A stretch of 64,000 nucleotides of DNA, from positions 124,806,001 to 124,870,000 of the forward strand of contig OX597815.1 of assembly GCA_951406725.2 (NCBI GenBank), read 5' to 3'. This stretch comes from Octopus vulgaris. Its lineage: Eukaryota. This document shows positions 42,008 through 54,229 of this stretch, piece after piece. Position numbers and translations under genes: made by a program. The first letter of the stretch is position 1, and each line of letters starts with the position of its first letter. The notes under the pieces were generated by a model. It worked only from the letters and a program-made list of their open reading frames with translations, was not told the origin of the DNA and did no database searches.

Positions 42008-43432
42008 AGTTAGTTAATTCTTGGCTCAAAAAGCAAAAAGCAAGGCCATGTAGGGGGACATGGAGTTATGTACAGGGTGGTATTCATGTAAAGAGTTCAG
42101 GCCACTTGAGGTCAAGAGAGACTTTGAACAAAGCGGTCGTCGGCATCTTCACCATCTCGTCTGGCAGCTTGTTCCACGGATCCGCAACCCGGACGGAGAA
42201 AGCCCCTCTCCTTCGATTGAGATGAAATCGTCGCAGATAGAGCTTTTCGGAATGACCCCGCAGCCGACGCTCTGGAGCAGGAGTGAAGAACAGCTCTTTC
42301 GAGAGGTTACACATTCCGCTTATGATGTTGTGAGCAAGAATGAGATCACCACGGCGTCGTCGTTTTTCTAGAGAATAAAGGTCGAGCGTCTTCAGCCTTT
42401 CTTCATAAGACAAATTCTTGAGACCATGAACCAGGCGGGTAGCCAGCTTCTGGACTCTTTCGAGATGCTGTATGTCTTTGAGGAGATAAGGAGAAGGGTC
42501 TCACCAGCGTGACATAGAGCGGTAGGAATATGGCTGCTGTGAGCTTTCCGAATGACCGTCGAATCAAGAACAGAACTCCGCGTGCTTTGTTGGCAGCATG
42601 GACGCACTGGGCCGAAGGCGAAAAGGAGGAATCCACCAAGATACCCAGGTCCTTTATCTGATAGGTCCTCTCCAGCAGCAGACGATCCGGCTCGAAATCA
42701 AGCTGAGTTGCAGGAGGAGAGCCAACAGGCAGATGACAGCACTAGACCACCTCCAAATTTGGTGGAGGCATCGACGAAGATCCTCTATATCACCGCGAGG
42801 AGCGACCAGTTTGACATCGTCGGCAAATAGAAGGGTGAGGTCGTCGGGCAAGTCATTTATGAAGACTAAGAACAATAAGGGCCCATGCACTGAACCTTGA
42901 GGCACACCACTGCTCGCACTGGAGACGTCGGACCGCGAACCATTAACTTGGACTTGGAAGGAGCGAACTGAGAGGAAGGCACCAACCCATCGTACAATAT
43001 CCGGATGGAAACTATATGCTTGAAGCTTGACAAGTAATAGGCGGTGGTTTACCGAGTCAAAAGCTTTGGCAAAGTCCAATAAAATGATGTTAACAGCATC
43101 ACTATCATCGAGGATGCGCGTCACCAATTCTTCCATTACCAGTAAGTTGGTCAAGCATGATCTCTTCGGCACGAAGCCGTGTTGGGAATCAGAGATAGAG
43201 GCTGTGTTTTGGAGGTGGAGCATCATACTTTTCTTAAGGATGGTTTCGAACATCTTGCTGATTATTGATGTAAGGGAAAGCGGTCGGTAGTTAAGCGGGT
43301 CTTCGCGGCTCCCTTTCTTGAAAATTGGGCAGATTATCGCTGTTCTCCAGTCCGCAGGTATAACACCCGTCGCCAATGACATATTGAATAGACGTGTTAA
43401 GGGCTCGCAGATGACCGGAGCCAACGCTTTGA
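42008..43432 (-). mobile_element. CR1-clade LINE, 5'-truncated, RT domain with frameshifts
   Basis: WRTAIICPIFKKGSREDPLNYRPLSLTS, LDFAKAFDSVNH, SGVPQGSVHGPLLFLVFINDL, LFADDVKL and SLEKRRRRGDLI; (TAAC)n tail. Confidence 0.95.
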
Positions 43433-43532
43433 TATATATATATATATGTAGGTCCCGGGTTGAGTCGGGGTTAACCACAGTAAATAAGGTACTCTATACA
43501 TAGCAGAGTAAATTTATTTATTTTATAGAAGG

Positions 43533-43583
43533 AGCTTCTACAGGACTAGAACTGTTTCATTCAAAAGAAATCATCAGGAAGCT
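43533..43583 (-). ncRNA. Type I hammerhead ribozyme (left arm)
   Basis: Reverse-complement copy of 43774-43824. Confidence 0.7.
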
Positions 43584-43773
43584 AGTAGACAAGAGTTGTT
43601 TTGGCATTTATACATTTAGGCAGGTTTAAATGGGTGGTGGTGGGGGACTTTTTGGGGGTAGGCATGGCGCAAAACTGACAGTTTTGCGCCATGCCTACCC
43701 CCAAAAAAGTCCCCCACCACCACCCATTTAAACCTGCCTAAATGTATAAATGCCAAAACAACTCTTGTCTACT

Positions 43774-43824
43774 AGCTTCCTGATGATTTCTTTTGAATGA
43801 AACAGTTCTAGTCCTGTAGAAGCT
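43774..43824 (+). ncRNA. Type I hammerhead ribozyme (right arm)
   Basis: agcttc-CTGATGA-t ttc tttt gaa t-GAAA-cag ttctagtc ctg-TA-gaagct: 6-bp stem I, full core and GUA cleavage triplet; stem II is weak with U-U at its base. Confidence 0.7.
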
Positions 43825-43828
43825 CCTT

Positions 43829-43896
<68 letters not shown>

Positions 43897-44148
43897 TATA
43901 CATATATATGTATATATATATGTATGCAAATATATATGTATATATATACATACATACATGTATATATACATATACATACATGTATATATATATATATATA
44001 CGCATACATATATACATATATACATACATATATACATATATATACATATATAAAGTTAATCCAAACAAGAAAGCACACACACAACAACGCGAGGACGTGG
44101 AACAAATATAGTATTATTGGACGCTCAAGAAAGAAGGAAAGGAGGAAG

Positions 44149-44183
44149 GTTTAACGTTTCGAGCGGAGCTCTTCGTCGGAAAC
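44149..44183 (-). ncRNA. Variant minimal hammerhead motif
   Basis: gttt-CCGACGA-a-gagc tcc gctc-GAAA-cg-TT-aaac; U4 is replaced by C and stem III is reduced to a short palindrome (aacgtt). Confidence 0.5.
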
Positions 44184-44715
44184 ATAGGAGAAGGAAAGAT
44201 CCAGAGAAGGGAAGACAGAGGAAAAAAATCGCCAACGGTACACACGAGGTCACATTTTGAAAGACCGGAAGGAAAAGGGTGAAGAAAGATGTTTTCAAAG
44301 ACAGAAGAGTAGTATAGTCAAAGACAGAAGAGTAGTATAGTCAAAGACAGCAGAATGGTAGGAGGGGGGAATGTGTGTGTAAGTGTGGATATGTGCGTGC
44401 GCGGAGGTCTGCGTGTGTGTGTGTGTATGTGTGCAATGATGACACGTGTGTGTGTGTGTGTGTGTGTGCGTGTGTGTGTGTATAGGATGTATGTGTGGGT
44501 TCATTTGTTTGTGTGTATGTATGTGCGTGCGTGTCGTATGTGCGTAATGTGCGTGCGTGTGCGTGTGTGCGTGTGTGCGCTTACGTGCGTGTATGTGTGT
44601 GTGTGTCTGTGCCCATGTGTGTATAAATGTGTGCGTATCTGTATGAGTATTGTTTGTTGGAGGTATATGTGGGCATCTGTGCTGGTGTGTGTGTTTGTAC
44701 GTGTGTATGTGTGTG

Positions 44716-44760
<45 letters not shown>

Positions 44761-44955
44761 ACGTGCGTGCGAGTGAATGTATGTATACATATGCGTGTGT
44801 GTACAAATGTAGAGATTTATATGTGTGTATATATATGTATGCAAGCACACACGTTATGATTGAAAGATTGATGGAAAAAAATTGGTGTGGGTGTATGTGA
44901 ATCCATAGGCACACACATACATACACTGACGCGCGCCTGCAATAGAGTCAGCCCC

Positions 44956-44986
<31 letters not shown>

Positions 44987-45775
44987 TGTATGTATGTATG
45001 TATGTATGTATGTATGTATGTATGCATGTATGTATGTATAAATGTATGTATGTATATATGTATGTATATATGTATGTATGTATGTGTGTATGTATGTATG
45101 TATGTGTGTGTGTGAATGTATGCGTGTGTGTGTGTGGGGGAGTTGTGTGGGCGTAATGTACATGCGTGTGCTTGTGTGTGTGTGTGCGCTTACGTGCGTG
45201 TATGTGTGTGTGTGCCTCTGCCCATGTGTGTATAAATGTGTGCGTATCTGTATGAGTATTGTTTGTTGGAGGTATATGTGGGCATCTGTGCTGGTGTGTG
45301 TGTATGTACGTGTGTATGTGTATGTGCGTGTATCGTGTGCGTATGTACGTGCGTGTATGCGTATGTGCGTGTTTGTGACCGTGGAGATGTGTGTTAGGTT
45401 GTATTCATTTTAATGTGTGTATGCGCGTGTGCTTGAGTATGTGAGTGTATGTGGCGTGTGTTTGTGTTTTGTGTACGTGTGGGTGTACGGGCATATGTGT
45501 GTGCGCGCGTGGGTGGGGGTGGGGGTGTGGGTGGGTGTATTTTTGTGTGTGTATATGTGTGGAAGTATGTGTGCATATATGTGCATGTATGTTGTATGTG
45601 TGTGGTGTGTTTGAAGTATGTGTGTGTTCGTGGATACGTGAGTATGTGTGTGTATGTTTCTGTATAAGGATAATAATTTATAAAAACAATAAAATGATAA
45701 AAAACAATAATATAAACAGACGTAATAGCACGTAGGGGAAAAAGGTTGCTTGTTGCGGGAGGTGGAGTGCAGTCA

Positions 45776-46190
45776 CTAAGAGGTGGGGGCTGTGTTGAGT
45801 CCGTGCGGGGTATAAGTCTGTAAAGTGAAAATGAATCGTTGCTCCAAGTGAAGCCTGGATTGTGGAGGACCGTTGTGTGGGGCGAGACCAAACACAGAGA
45901 TGTCATCGGGGGAATGGCTGGCCGAGCAGAAGTGACGTGCGACGGGAGAATTAGAACGCAGCCGAATATCCCTTAGATGTTCGGCGAATCGGTCTGTCCC
46001 ACATACAGCATACCGCAGAGGTTGCATTTTATGCAATATATGAGACTAGATGGAGTGCACGTAAAAGAATGTCTAATACGTACAGTTCGCTGGTTGGACA
46101 AGGTGACAGCAGTGGTGTTGGTGATGAAGGGGCAAGTGTTGCAGCGGGATCTGGAGCACCGGAAGGATCCGTGTGGGGCTGAGGGGGACA
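45776..46190 (-). pseudogene. Penelope-like GIY-YIG endonuclease preceded by a Cys-rich finger (Neptune-like)
   Basis: CSRSRCNTC...[25 protein letters not shown] / [10 protein letters not shown]...PVARHF...LEQRFIFTLQTYTPHGLN, with frameshifts. Confidence 0.9.
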
Positions 46191-46197
46191 TACATAT

Positions 46198-46390
<193 letters not shown>

Positions 46391-46417
46391 TGTGTGTGTG
46401 TCTGCGCGCGCACACAC

Positions 46418-46705
46418 ACTGTGGTTAAGGTACTGCCCTCATGATTGGGAGATAGTGTGTTCGATTCCCAGTCCGGGCGTTGCGTTGTGCACTTGAGTAA
46501 AGAACTTTATTTCAAGTTGCTTTGCGATCATTTCATCATCTAACATGTGGCACCCGTTGCACTTGTACATACAATATCGATTTGATGGAGGGAATGAGCT
46601 TATGTGTACACAAGAATTTAATCACTATAAACAAATCATCTGTGAGTTTGTTCGATAAGAAATTATCGAACCCTCATGCGTCGTCTAACGACGGGAGTCC
46701 ATCAT
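46418..46705 (+). mobile_element. tRNA-derived SINE (OR-like)
   Basis: gtggttaagg...gttcgattcccagtccgggc...cttgagtaaagaactttatttc. Confidence 0.7.
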
Positions 46706-46719
46706 TCATTTACATATAC

Positions 46720-46763
<44 letters not shown>

Positions 46764-46766
<3 letters not shown>

Positions 46767-47231
46767 AAAGATTTTTACAACCACCATAGAAATAAGAACG
46801 CTGTATTAGTATCGGAAACTAATCCCAATAGATTAAGGTTCTTATCAAATAACTCCAAAATTAGAAACACCACTTACCAGTGCAAAATTTCTACTGGATC
46901 CGATGTCTACCTCTATATTGGCGCAACCTCCTCTAAATTAGCCACAAGGATATCAAATCATTTTTCCACGTTCCGTGATAAGAGTAAACAGCACGCCACG
47001 GGGCTAAGCAAATTAGTCTGGCGTTTGAAGAACGCAAGTTCAACCTTTAAGCTGGAATGGTCAATATTATCGGTGTCCTTACCGTTTGATAAGGGCAGAA
47101 AAATCTGTGCCCTCTGTAATTCCGAGCTCTTTCATATTCTGTTTGCCCGAGGCCAAGTAATAAACTCGATTGTCGAGAGATCTTTCAGATGCCTGCATTG
47201 GAAAAAGCATACCTTTCACTCATACCAATGA
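46764..47231 (+). pseudogene. Penelope-like GIY-YIG endonuclease C-terminal ~155 aa (open frame, 5'-truncated; Hydra-clade-like)
   Basis: TYQCKI...YLYIGAT...RISNHFSTF...TGLSKLVWRLK...CALCNSE...INS..E...CLHWKK*. Confidence 0.85.
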
Positions 47232-47491
47232 AGTCTAATATAGATAACCCCTGGATTTCCTACAAAATTAAAATGTGATATCTCATCCCTTTAGTTTATA
47301 AGACTTTCTCATAATTGCTAAGAACTACTACCAATTCCAGCAGTGACCTTGTCTCTTGTCATTACTATTGTGGGCTCCATACGCCCTCTCCCTCTTAAGT
47401 TGACACATTCGAACACACAGACACAGTCTTTTCACCTCCTGACCGTTAATTCTTTCTCTCTGCCTTCTACACACACATTCACGCACTCACA

Positions 47492-47549
<58 letters not shown>

Positions 47550-47833
47550 TTAAGGCAATTTTACACCCATACATACGAGCACTCATTCATAAAATAAATC
47601 AAGTATAAACACCAGTCATACAGAATACATTCCCTCACTTTAATTTTCCTTTACCTTCCTTCTCCAACCTTGATTGAACCCTTGAACTATTTTAACTGAC
47701 ATTTTCTCCTACTTTCAACCAATCTGGCGTCACCCCCTATAAATATACATTATTTATCATTATCTCTATGGGCTCCTCGTGAGCGGTCATCGAAAAACTT
47801 GTTGCGCATTGTGTTGGAGAATTAAGTTCCTGG

Positions 47834-47919
47834 ATTTTCCTGAAGAGAAAGCTGCATAATGGACTCCTTATTCATTCGGAATTAGGAATTTTGCAGACTT
47901 CGAAACATATGTCGAAAAT
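47834..47919 (+). ncRNA. Type I hammerhead ribozyme in a Penelope-like pLTR
   Basis: attttc-CTGAAGA-gaaagctgca...tgcagacttc-GAAA-catatg-TC-gaaaat: perfect 6-bp stem I, long stem II, palindromic stem III and GUC triplet; ~600 bp downstream of the GIY-YIG stop. Confidence 0.85.
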
Positions 47920-48120
47920 AAAATAAAGGAATTTTGTTAAATCTACGTTCAGCTCCATTCTTTCCTATACGTAATATATTAAATTAAACTTCAAATTTCC
48001 GCACTAAGGCACGGAGTTTATGCCCTATGGTCGTAACTTCAACTGTGCTTTTTCTGTTGTGAGTTTGCTACCCAGGTATCGGTTATCTTTCGAATTATCC
48101 GTAATAAGATAATTCATTTG

Positions 48121-48157
<37 letters not shown>

Positions 48158-48404
48158 CATATACACATGCATATTCACAGACATACACAAACAACTACTC
48201 CGTTCCCAGTAATAGACAAACCGTAAATTCCCCATGATACATGGAGTGAGTCACCAAAATTCATAACGCGGAATAGAGAAAGGACAGCACCTGAGTAAAC
48301 GGAAACTTTATAAAATGTTTTAGAGGACCCAGCATATAAATGATCATTACCTCTCACGAGAAAATAGTAGATTTGACAGCATCCTCAGCTGTGTGGAGCG
48401 AAAA

Positions 48405-48700
48405 TAGTGTGAGGTCTAGTGGTTAAGGAGTTCAGCTCAGGATCATATGCCTGTGAGTTAAATTTCTTGGCCGTGCTGTGAATTATATCCTTGAACAAAG
48501 CGTTTCATTTCACGTTTCTCCTGTCGACTACAGCTGAAATAAAGACCAACCAATTTCAGGTCCAACCGTCTTCTCTCTCGCTGTCACATCCTAGTGGCTC
48601 CACCACGCTCACTGCGGGAAGGCTGATAAGATGCTTGTCTGTTCGTGATTATATTAACACCTTAAACAATTATCGGAAACATGGTACGTTACCAAGTGAT
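48405..48700 (+). mobile_element. Degraded OR-like SINE
   Basis: ggtctagtggttaagg...ccttgaacaaagcgtttcatttcacgtt...ctgataagatgc. Confidence 0.6.
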
Positions 48701-50849
48701 ACTAGCTCGCAAGTGGCAGTTAGCTGTACTTTCATGCTGTTCAATCATTACTTTCCTCAAGAAAATAGACTAAATTTCACAGTATCGTATACTGTGCTGT
48801 TGCATGATCAGATCTAACTATCATACTGAAACACAAAGGCTAATTCAATTGAGTACTGAAGTTGAATGGTCAGTAGAGTTAGTGATAGCAACAACTGTAA
48901 GCATGCCTGAATCTATATATACCATACCTTAAGCTATATATTTTATATAAACAAACTGCTAACAGTAAAGCAGTCACTAAATATTTGTTGCGTTTCATTA
49001 ATTTTATTTGTCGAGCATAAATATTTTATAGTCTTGAAGAATGCAATGAAAACGATTGTAGTCTATCCTCCTTAAAATTCATGAAACCTTAACCTGCAGC
49101 AGACTGCTTACAAGTTTACCGGTTACAGGATATTACTAGAATTTATAGTAGTTTATGCTATGGCATAAATCTAATAAATCTTGTAACATACTCAATAATA
49201 TATAGATGGAAAAGTCACAATAACAACTTTTACACCAAGAACATTTGCTCCCACCCATATAGATTTTTAGACAAGCAATGGCATTTTTTTATCTAACAAT
49301 CAAGAATTTACGGTTAGTAGATTTACGACAGAGAGCATAATAGGATATATGAAACCTATATCTTTTATGGAGTATTAGATATAATTCTGATGTAAAGATA
49401 TTTGCAATCGGAAATCCAAGACGTTTCACAAAGTCAGTTTACTACATGCTTACGTGCTACACATTCTTTGGTAATCCCTTTCTACCTATCGAGTTTTATC
49501 GCCGCACTGAATAATTATTTGGACTTTAATTCGAACATTTGATATTAATTTACACGCAAATATTCTATTAAATCTGTTGAAACAATATTGTTTTAATGTA
49601 AAAATGATTTTTCTTTTTATGATTAATTTTTGGTATATGCAACAAAGGCAATATTAGATAAAAATAGTCATCTGTGTATAATACTTAATGTAAATCTTTT
49701 GTGAAAGGCATATTTACCGCGCAACTTATCCGGAGGCACTATTTCTTATTAACCTGATTTGTCTAAAAGCATAATTCGAAAATCGTCCCAGCAGTAAACG
49801 AATATTGCAGTGAATTTGCCTTTCACGGTGTACTTACATTAAGTGAGATACTTATGATTAAATATATTTGTATTGACATATTTTCCTATTTTTATTTTTT
49901 TTTTATTGGGGGTGCGTCATTAGTTGAATATTTTTGGTAATGGATTTAATGCTAACAAAATTAAATTATTTCTCAATCAAACTCTGCGTCTAGCTCAAAG
50001 CTACGTGTTGATATCTGATCTTCCCAACTAATGACTATCTATCTATCCACACATGAACGACTGACCAATGATCAATAGACATTATCTACACAATATTTCT
50101 CTTCGACTTATCAAATCTATAATTATAGATTATAGAATAGTGAGAAATGAGGATTAGATTTATCATGGTTTTGAAGCAAGAATTATTTCATTACCCTTAA
50201 AACATTTTCTGAGCTTCATTTGGATGATAGCCCAACAGGTGTAAGGATGAGATTGACAAGACACAGACTCGTTCGAATTTCCCCATTGCCAATCAACGGT
50301 GTCTCCCACGTATAAAATGAGAGGACCTCCGCTCAGTGGTTCATTTTTTTTACAACTGGTAGCCAGTTCTTCCACATTAAAACAAAAGGATACCATTGAT
50401 ATGCTATGTCTGAGTAAAATGTAGCTTCGTCACGGTGGTAAATGCATTGATTATAGGCTTGAATTTGTCAGGTCTAAGCTAGGTATGAAATAACATGGCT
50501 AAGATGAATATCATGTGATAGAGTAAGGTATACTGGGCCCACCAAATAGCAAGAAGCTCTACAGTATCTAGATACATGGAATTACAATTTTATTAATGCG
50601 ACAATAACTATGACTGAATTGAGCTAATGAGTCTGCGATCCAAGTTCTATTCCCAGTTAGAATAATTTGACGGCTATTATGTATATAAATCTATGGTTAA
50701 ATACATGAATATTAAACCTCACCATTTATGTTTCGCGTTAAAATTATTCATGTTGATGAAAAATAAAATAAAACACAAAACACATTACTAGCTGAAGTGA
50801 CCCAAATTGATTAATGACCGAAATTTAGAACATATTTTTAAGAATGCAA

Positions 50850-50961
<112 letters not shown>

Positions 50962-51315
50962 AATTAAATCTGCTGAAACATCAACGAATTTTGAGAATAG
51001 GGTGAAATTGTTATGGAAGATTTCATCAGATAAACTACATTTCTGTTGTATTAAATATCAACGACATTTAAGCAGAGGGTTATATTTGATGAAAGATTTA
51101 ATTATTCCTTAAAAGTACATTTGCATTGGCTGAAATCTGGAATCCGAAGAATCTGGTAAGAAGGATTCATTGGAGTTTCAAATGCATTCAGTTGCTTTGA
51201 GAAATGTGCATACTTGCCTTAAGTTTAATTGACAACATCCCTCATTCTTTCTTTTCTCTCCTTCTTTCTTTCCCTCAAATCCAAAAAGCAATGCCCGAAA
51301 TGTCATATAGACTGA

Positions 51316-52162
51316 GAGCCAGTCCCGATTTGATTAAACTTGAAGCTCCAAAATACTGGCAAGGCACAATATGTGTACAAATGGTCCTAATAACATGAAA
51401 CGTGATATTTAAGAATGCTTAGGTATGGTTTAATTAATATGGATTAAGATAATCAACTTGCGTAAATACCTAATTTAATTAGACTTTAAGCTCCAGTAAT
51501 GAATCACATTGAATATTACTCCTTAGACACAAGTGATACTTGAATGAAAACTTAAGAAAAAAAACGGGGATGGAAAGACAAAGAAGTTTTAATTAGACAC
51601 TTAATTAGCAATTAATTAGACTTTCTGCTCCAGCGTCAATTACTTCGCAGAAATGTTCACTAAACCCAACTGAATCTATTCATGTCACTTAAGAACCATT
51701 TTAGGTATGGATTTATAATTTAAGAAGCATTTTCTACTAATCACTATACACTAATTAAGGAAAAATATACAAGCTTCGTGATGAATGCAACATACAAACG
51801 TGTCTTAGACCCAAATCGTGTTTTGACAGAGTTTGTCACATTTTTGTAACGCTTTATCCGATTCTTTACTCATATTCATTCGCATTCAGATCATCAGAGT
51901 ACGAACACGCTTGATATTCGTCTTCCACTAGTCAACACATTCAGTAAGGAGGCATCAAAAATAAATTATCATGGAGGACCATTTCTAACCTGGCGATCCT
52001 GGGCAACCTTCATATTCCCCCGATCTCGTTACCTCTCAAACTGATCCCCACGTAATGCCACTTGATTCAGCATTGAATATTGGCGGGTCCCAGTCGGAAA
52101 CTGCGGAAGTACCGTCGGCCAGTATTTTGGAGCTTCAAATCTAATCAAATCAGGACTGGCTC
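51316..52162. repeat. 45-bp inverted repeat pair (51316-51360 / 52118-52162)
   Basis: gagccagtcccgatttgattaaacttgaagctccaaaatactggc matches the reverse complement at 42/45 positions. Confidence 0.9.
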
Positions 52163-52984
52163 CTGTATTAATATTCTAAACTCCTTGTGGCAACTAAACT
52201 TATAAAACTCATCACTGAATATGTGCGTGCGTGAGCGTGTGTGCGTTTGTGTAAGCATACTCTCATGTGTATGTAATAAGAAAAATTAATATGAAGTAAT
52301 ATTAGATTTGAACATGCATAAACGAGGATACCGTACAATGCAGTCATTATAATACAAAGAAGGCAGTCATTTTACGAAAAGAAATATTTCGAGATAAACA
52401 TCCCTTATCAAAAAGCTATGGGGATATTGCATACTCCTCTTCCTGAGTATATCAACACTTTCCGTGGCAGCCATGGCTGCCACGGAAAGTGCATCTTGAA
52501 GGAATCTGCTAATTCTAGTTTTTCCTTTTACTTTTTCAGATGTTTTCTTTCTATCAAATTCTTCACCCGCGAAAATTTCACATGGTCCTTACAAAAATGT
52601 AGGTATATTTAAATGTATATTTCTCTTGAGAAAATATGTATCAAGCATTAAAACTTAGTGGGATAGGCGGTGAGTTTCAGGCAAAATTATTTTGAATGCT
52701 TCCAATTCTGCTCTTAATTTTCCCATTTCTGATTAATCAGGAGTTTTCGATTTATTTCCAAATATTACATAATGTCAGCGGTTTTATACTCGAAACACAA
52801 AAGAACTTTATAAGACATTTTTATTCATATGTGTGTGCGTACGTGCATACATATATTTGTGTGTGTTTGCACGGTCGTGGTGTGTAACATATTTATACAA
52901 ATAGTTTACGTATATACATATATATTTAGTAAATATATACATTCAGACATACACCTAATTTTATATACACACATACATATATGT

Positions 52985-53071
<87 letters not shown>

Positions 53072-53074
53072 ACA

Positions 53075-53668
53075 AGGTGAGGACTTTATCTAGCAGTTCC
53101 ATGCTAGAAAGACTTTACTCTTCAGCGAGAACTCAGAGTAGGTCAAGACTATCGATATAGAGGGTGCATTCGATGTGAGCATGGGGTCATATAAGGAAAC
53201 AGGCATATACGATCTTATTGGACTATTCCTTCTCGATACGTTGGGCAAGACTTTTCCTGGCGTATACTTCGCCATTTACAAAGATGATGCCCTAGCTTTA
53301 ACCGCAAATACCGATGGACCAGCACAGGATCGGTTTAGGAAGGACATCTATTTGAAAACTTTCGGTCTTAGCATAACTACATACACCAACCTGACGGTTG
53401 TCAATTTCCAAAATGCATCCTCTGATCTAAATAAGAATATTTACAAACCTTATAGGAAGCCCAACGATAGACTTAGTTATATTAATGTGGGTTCCTGCCA
53501 TCCACCCATAGTATTTAAAAATTTAGTTAAAAACATTAGCGAAAGAATTTCTAGCCTCTCCCCCGATAGGGACATTTTTAATAGCGTTGCCCCAGTATAT
53601 AATAAGGCTCTAAAAGATAGTGGATTTAGCGAGAAAATAACCTATACGCCTGCCACCAGACCACCATA

Positions 53669-53669
<1 letters not shown>
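53075..53669 (+). pseudogene. Penelope-like reverse transcriptase fragment (palm/thumb)
   Basis: FDVSMGSY...DLIGLFLL...YKDDALAL...YKPYRKPNDRLSYINVGSCHPP...ISERISSLS...YNKALKDSGF. Confidence 0.85.
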
Positions 53670-53710
<41 letters not shown>

Positions 53711-54168
53711 CATGCGTGCGTGTATGCGAGAATGTGCGTGTATAGACGTGTTTTACTCTTATTGCTTATTTTTTACACTTTTTAACGCATTTTCTGTATT
53801 TTGCCTTTAGCCCTGTTTTTTTTTGAGCATGTGCGTATATAGACGTGTGTATGAACCATTTTGTGTGCGAGCGTGTATGCGGGTATGTATATAATTTTTG
53901 GCGAATGTATTAGTGAGCATGTGTGTGTTTCACGTGAGGGTGGATGAGTATATACATATAGGCGCATGTATGTGGGTGTGCGGGCGCGCATGTGTATGGA
54001 TGGACATGCGCGCTTACGCGATTACTATGAACATTTCTACACCCTTACCTTTACTCCTCCACCTTACTTAGCAGTCATTCTAATATCTCTTTTGTCTTAA
54101 TAACGGTCAATCACAGTAATTTCCACTTGTTTTAACGATCATTTTCATAGAATTTTTTTCGATGGCCG

Positions 54169-54229
54169 GATAACTGAAGAGATGCCGGCGAGGGTTTCCG
54201 TCCCGACATCCGAAACTCGGAGTTTTATC
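54169..54229 (+). ncRNA. Type I hammerhead ribozyme in a pLTR downstream of the RT fragment
   Basis: gataa-CTGAAGA-gatgccgg..ccgacatc-c-GAAA-ctcggag-TT-ttatc: 5-bp stem I and GUU triplet; same family as the 10.5-10.9 kb copies. Confidence 0.7.

Larger units (their letters stand above)
43523..43834. repeat. Near-perfect 312-bp palindrome with a 1-nt centre at 43678
   Basis: Arms are exact reverse complements except T5 versus A6 in one homopolymer. Confidence 0.95.
44055..46190 (-). mobile_element. Penelope-like element 3' half: GIY-YIG remnant, CA-rich 3' region and pLTR
   Basis: Coding remnant 46190-45776, then low-complexity CA repeats with a ~160-bp internal duplication (44560-44715 / 45162-45320), then an HHR-like motif at 44149-44183. 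Confidence 0.8.

Noticed and set aside
48005-48025. taaggcacggagtttatgcc resembles miR-124
   Set aside because: The middle differs, there is no precursor hairpin, and it lies in a Penelope-like pLTR.
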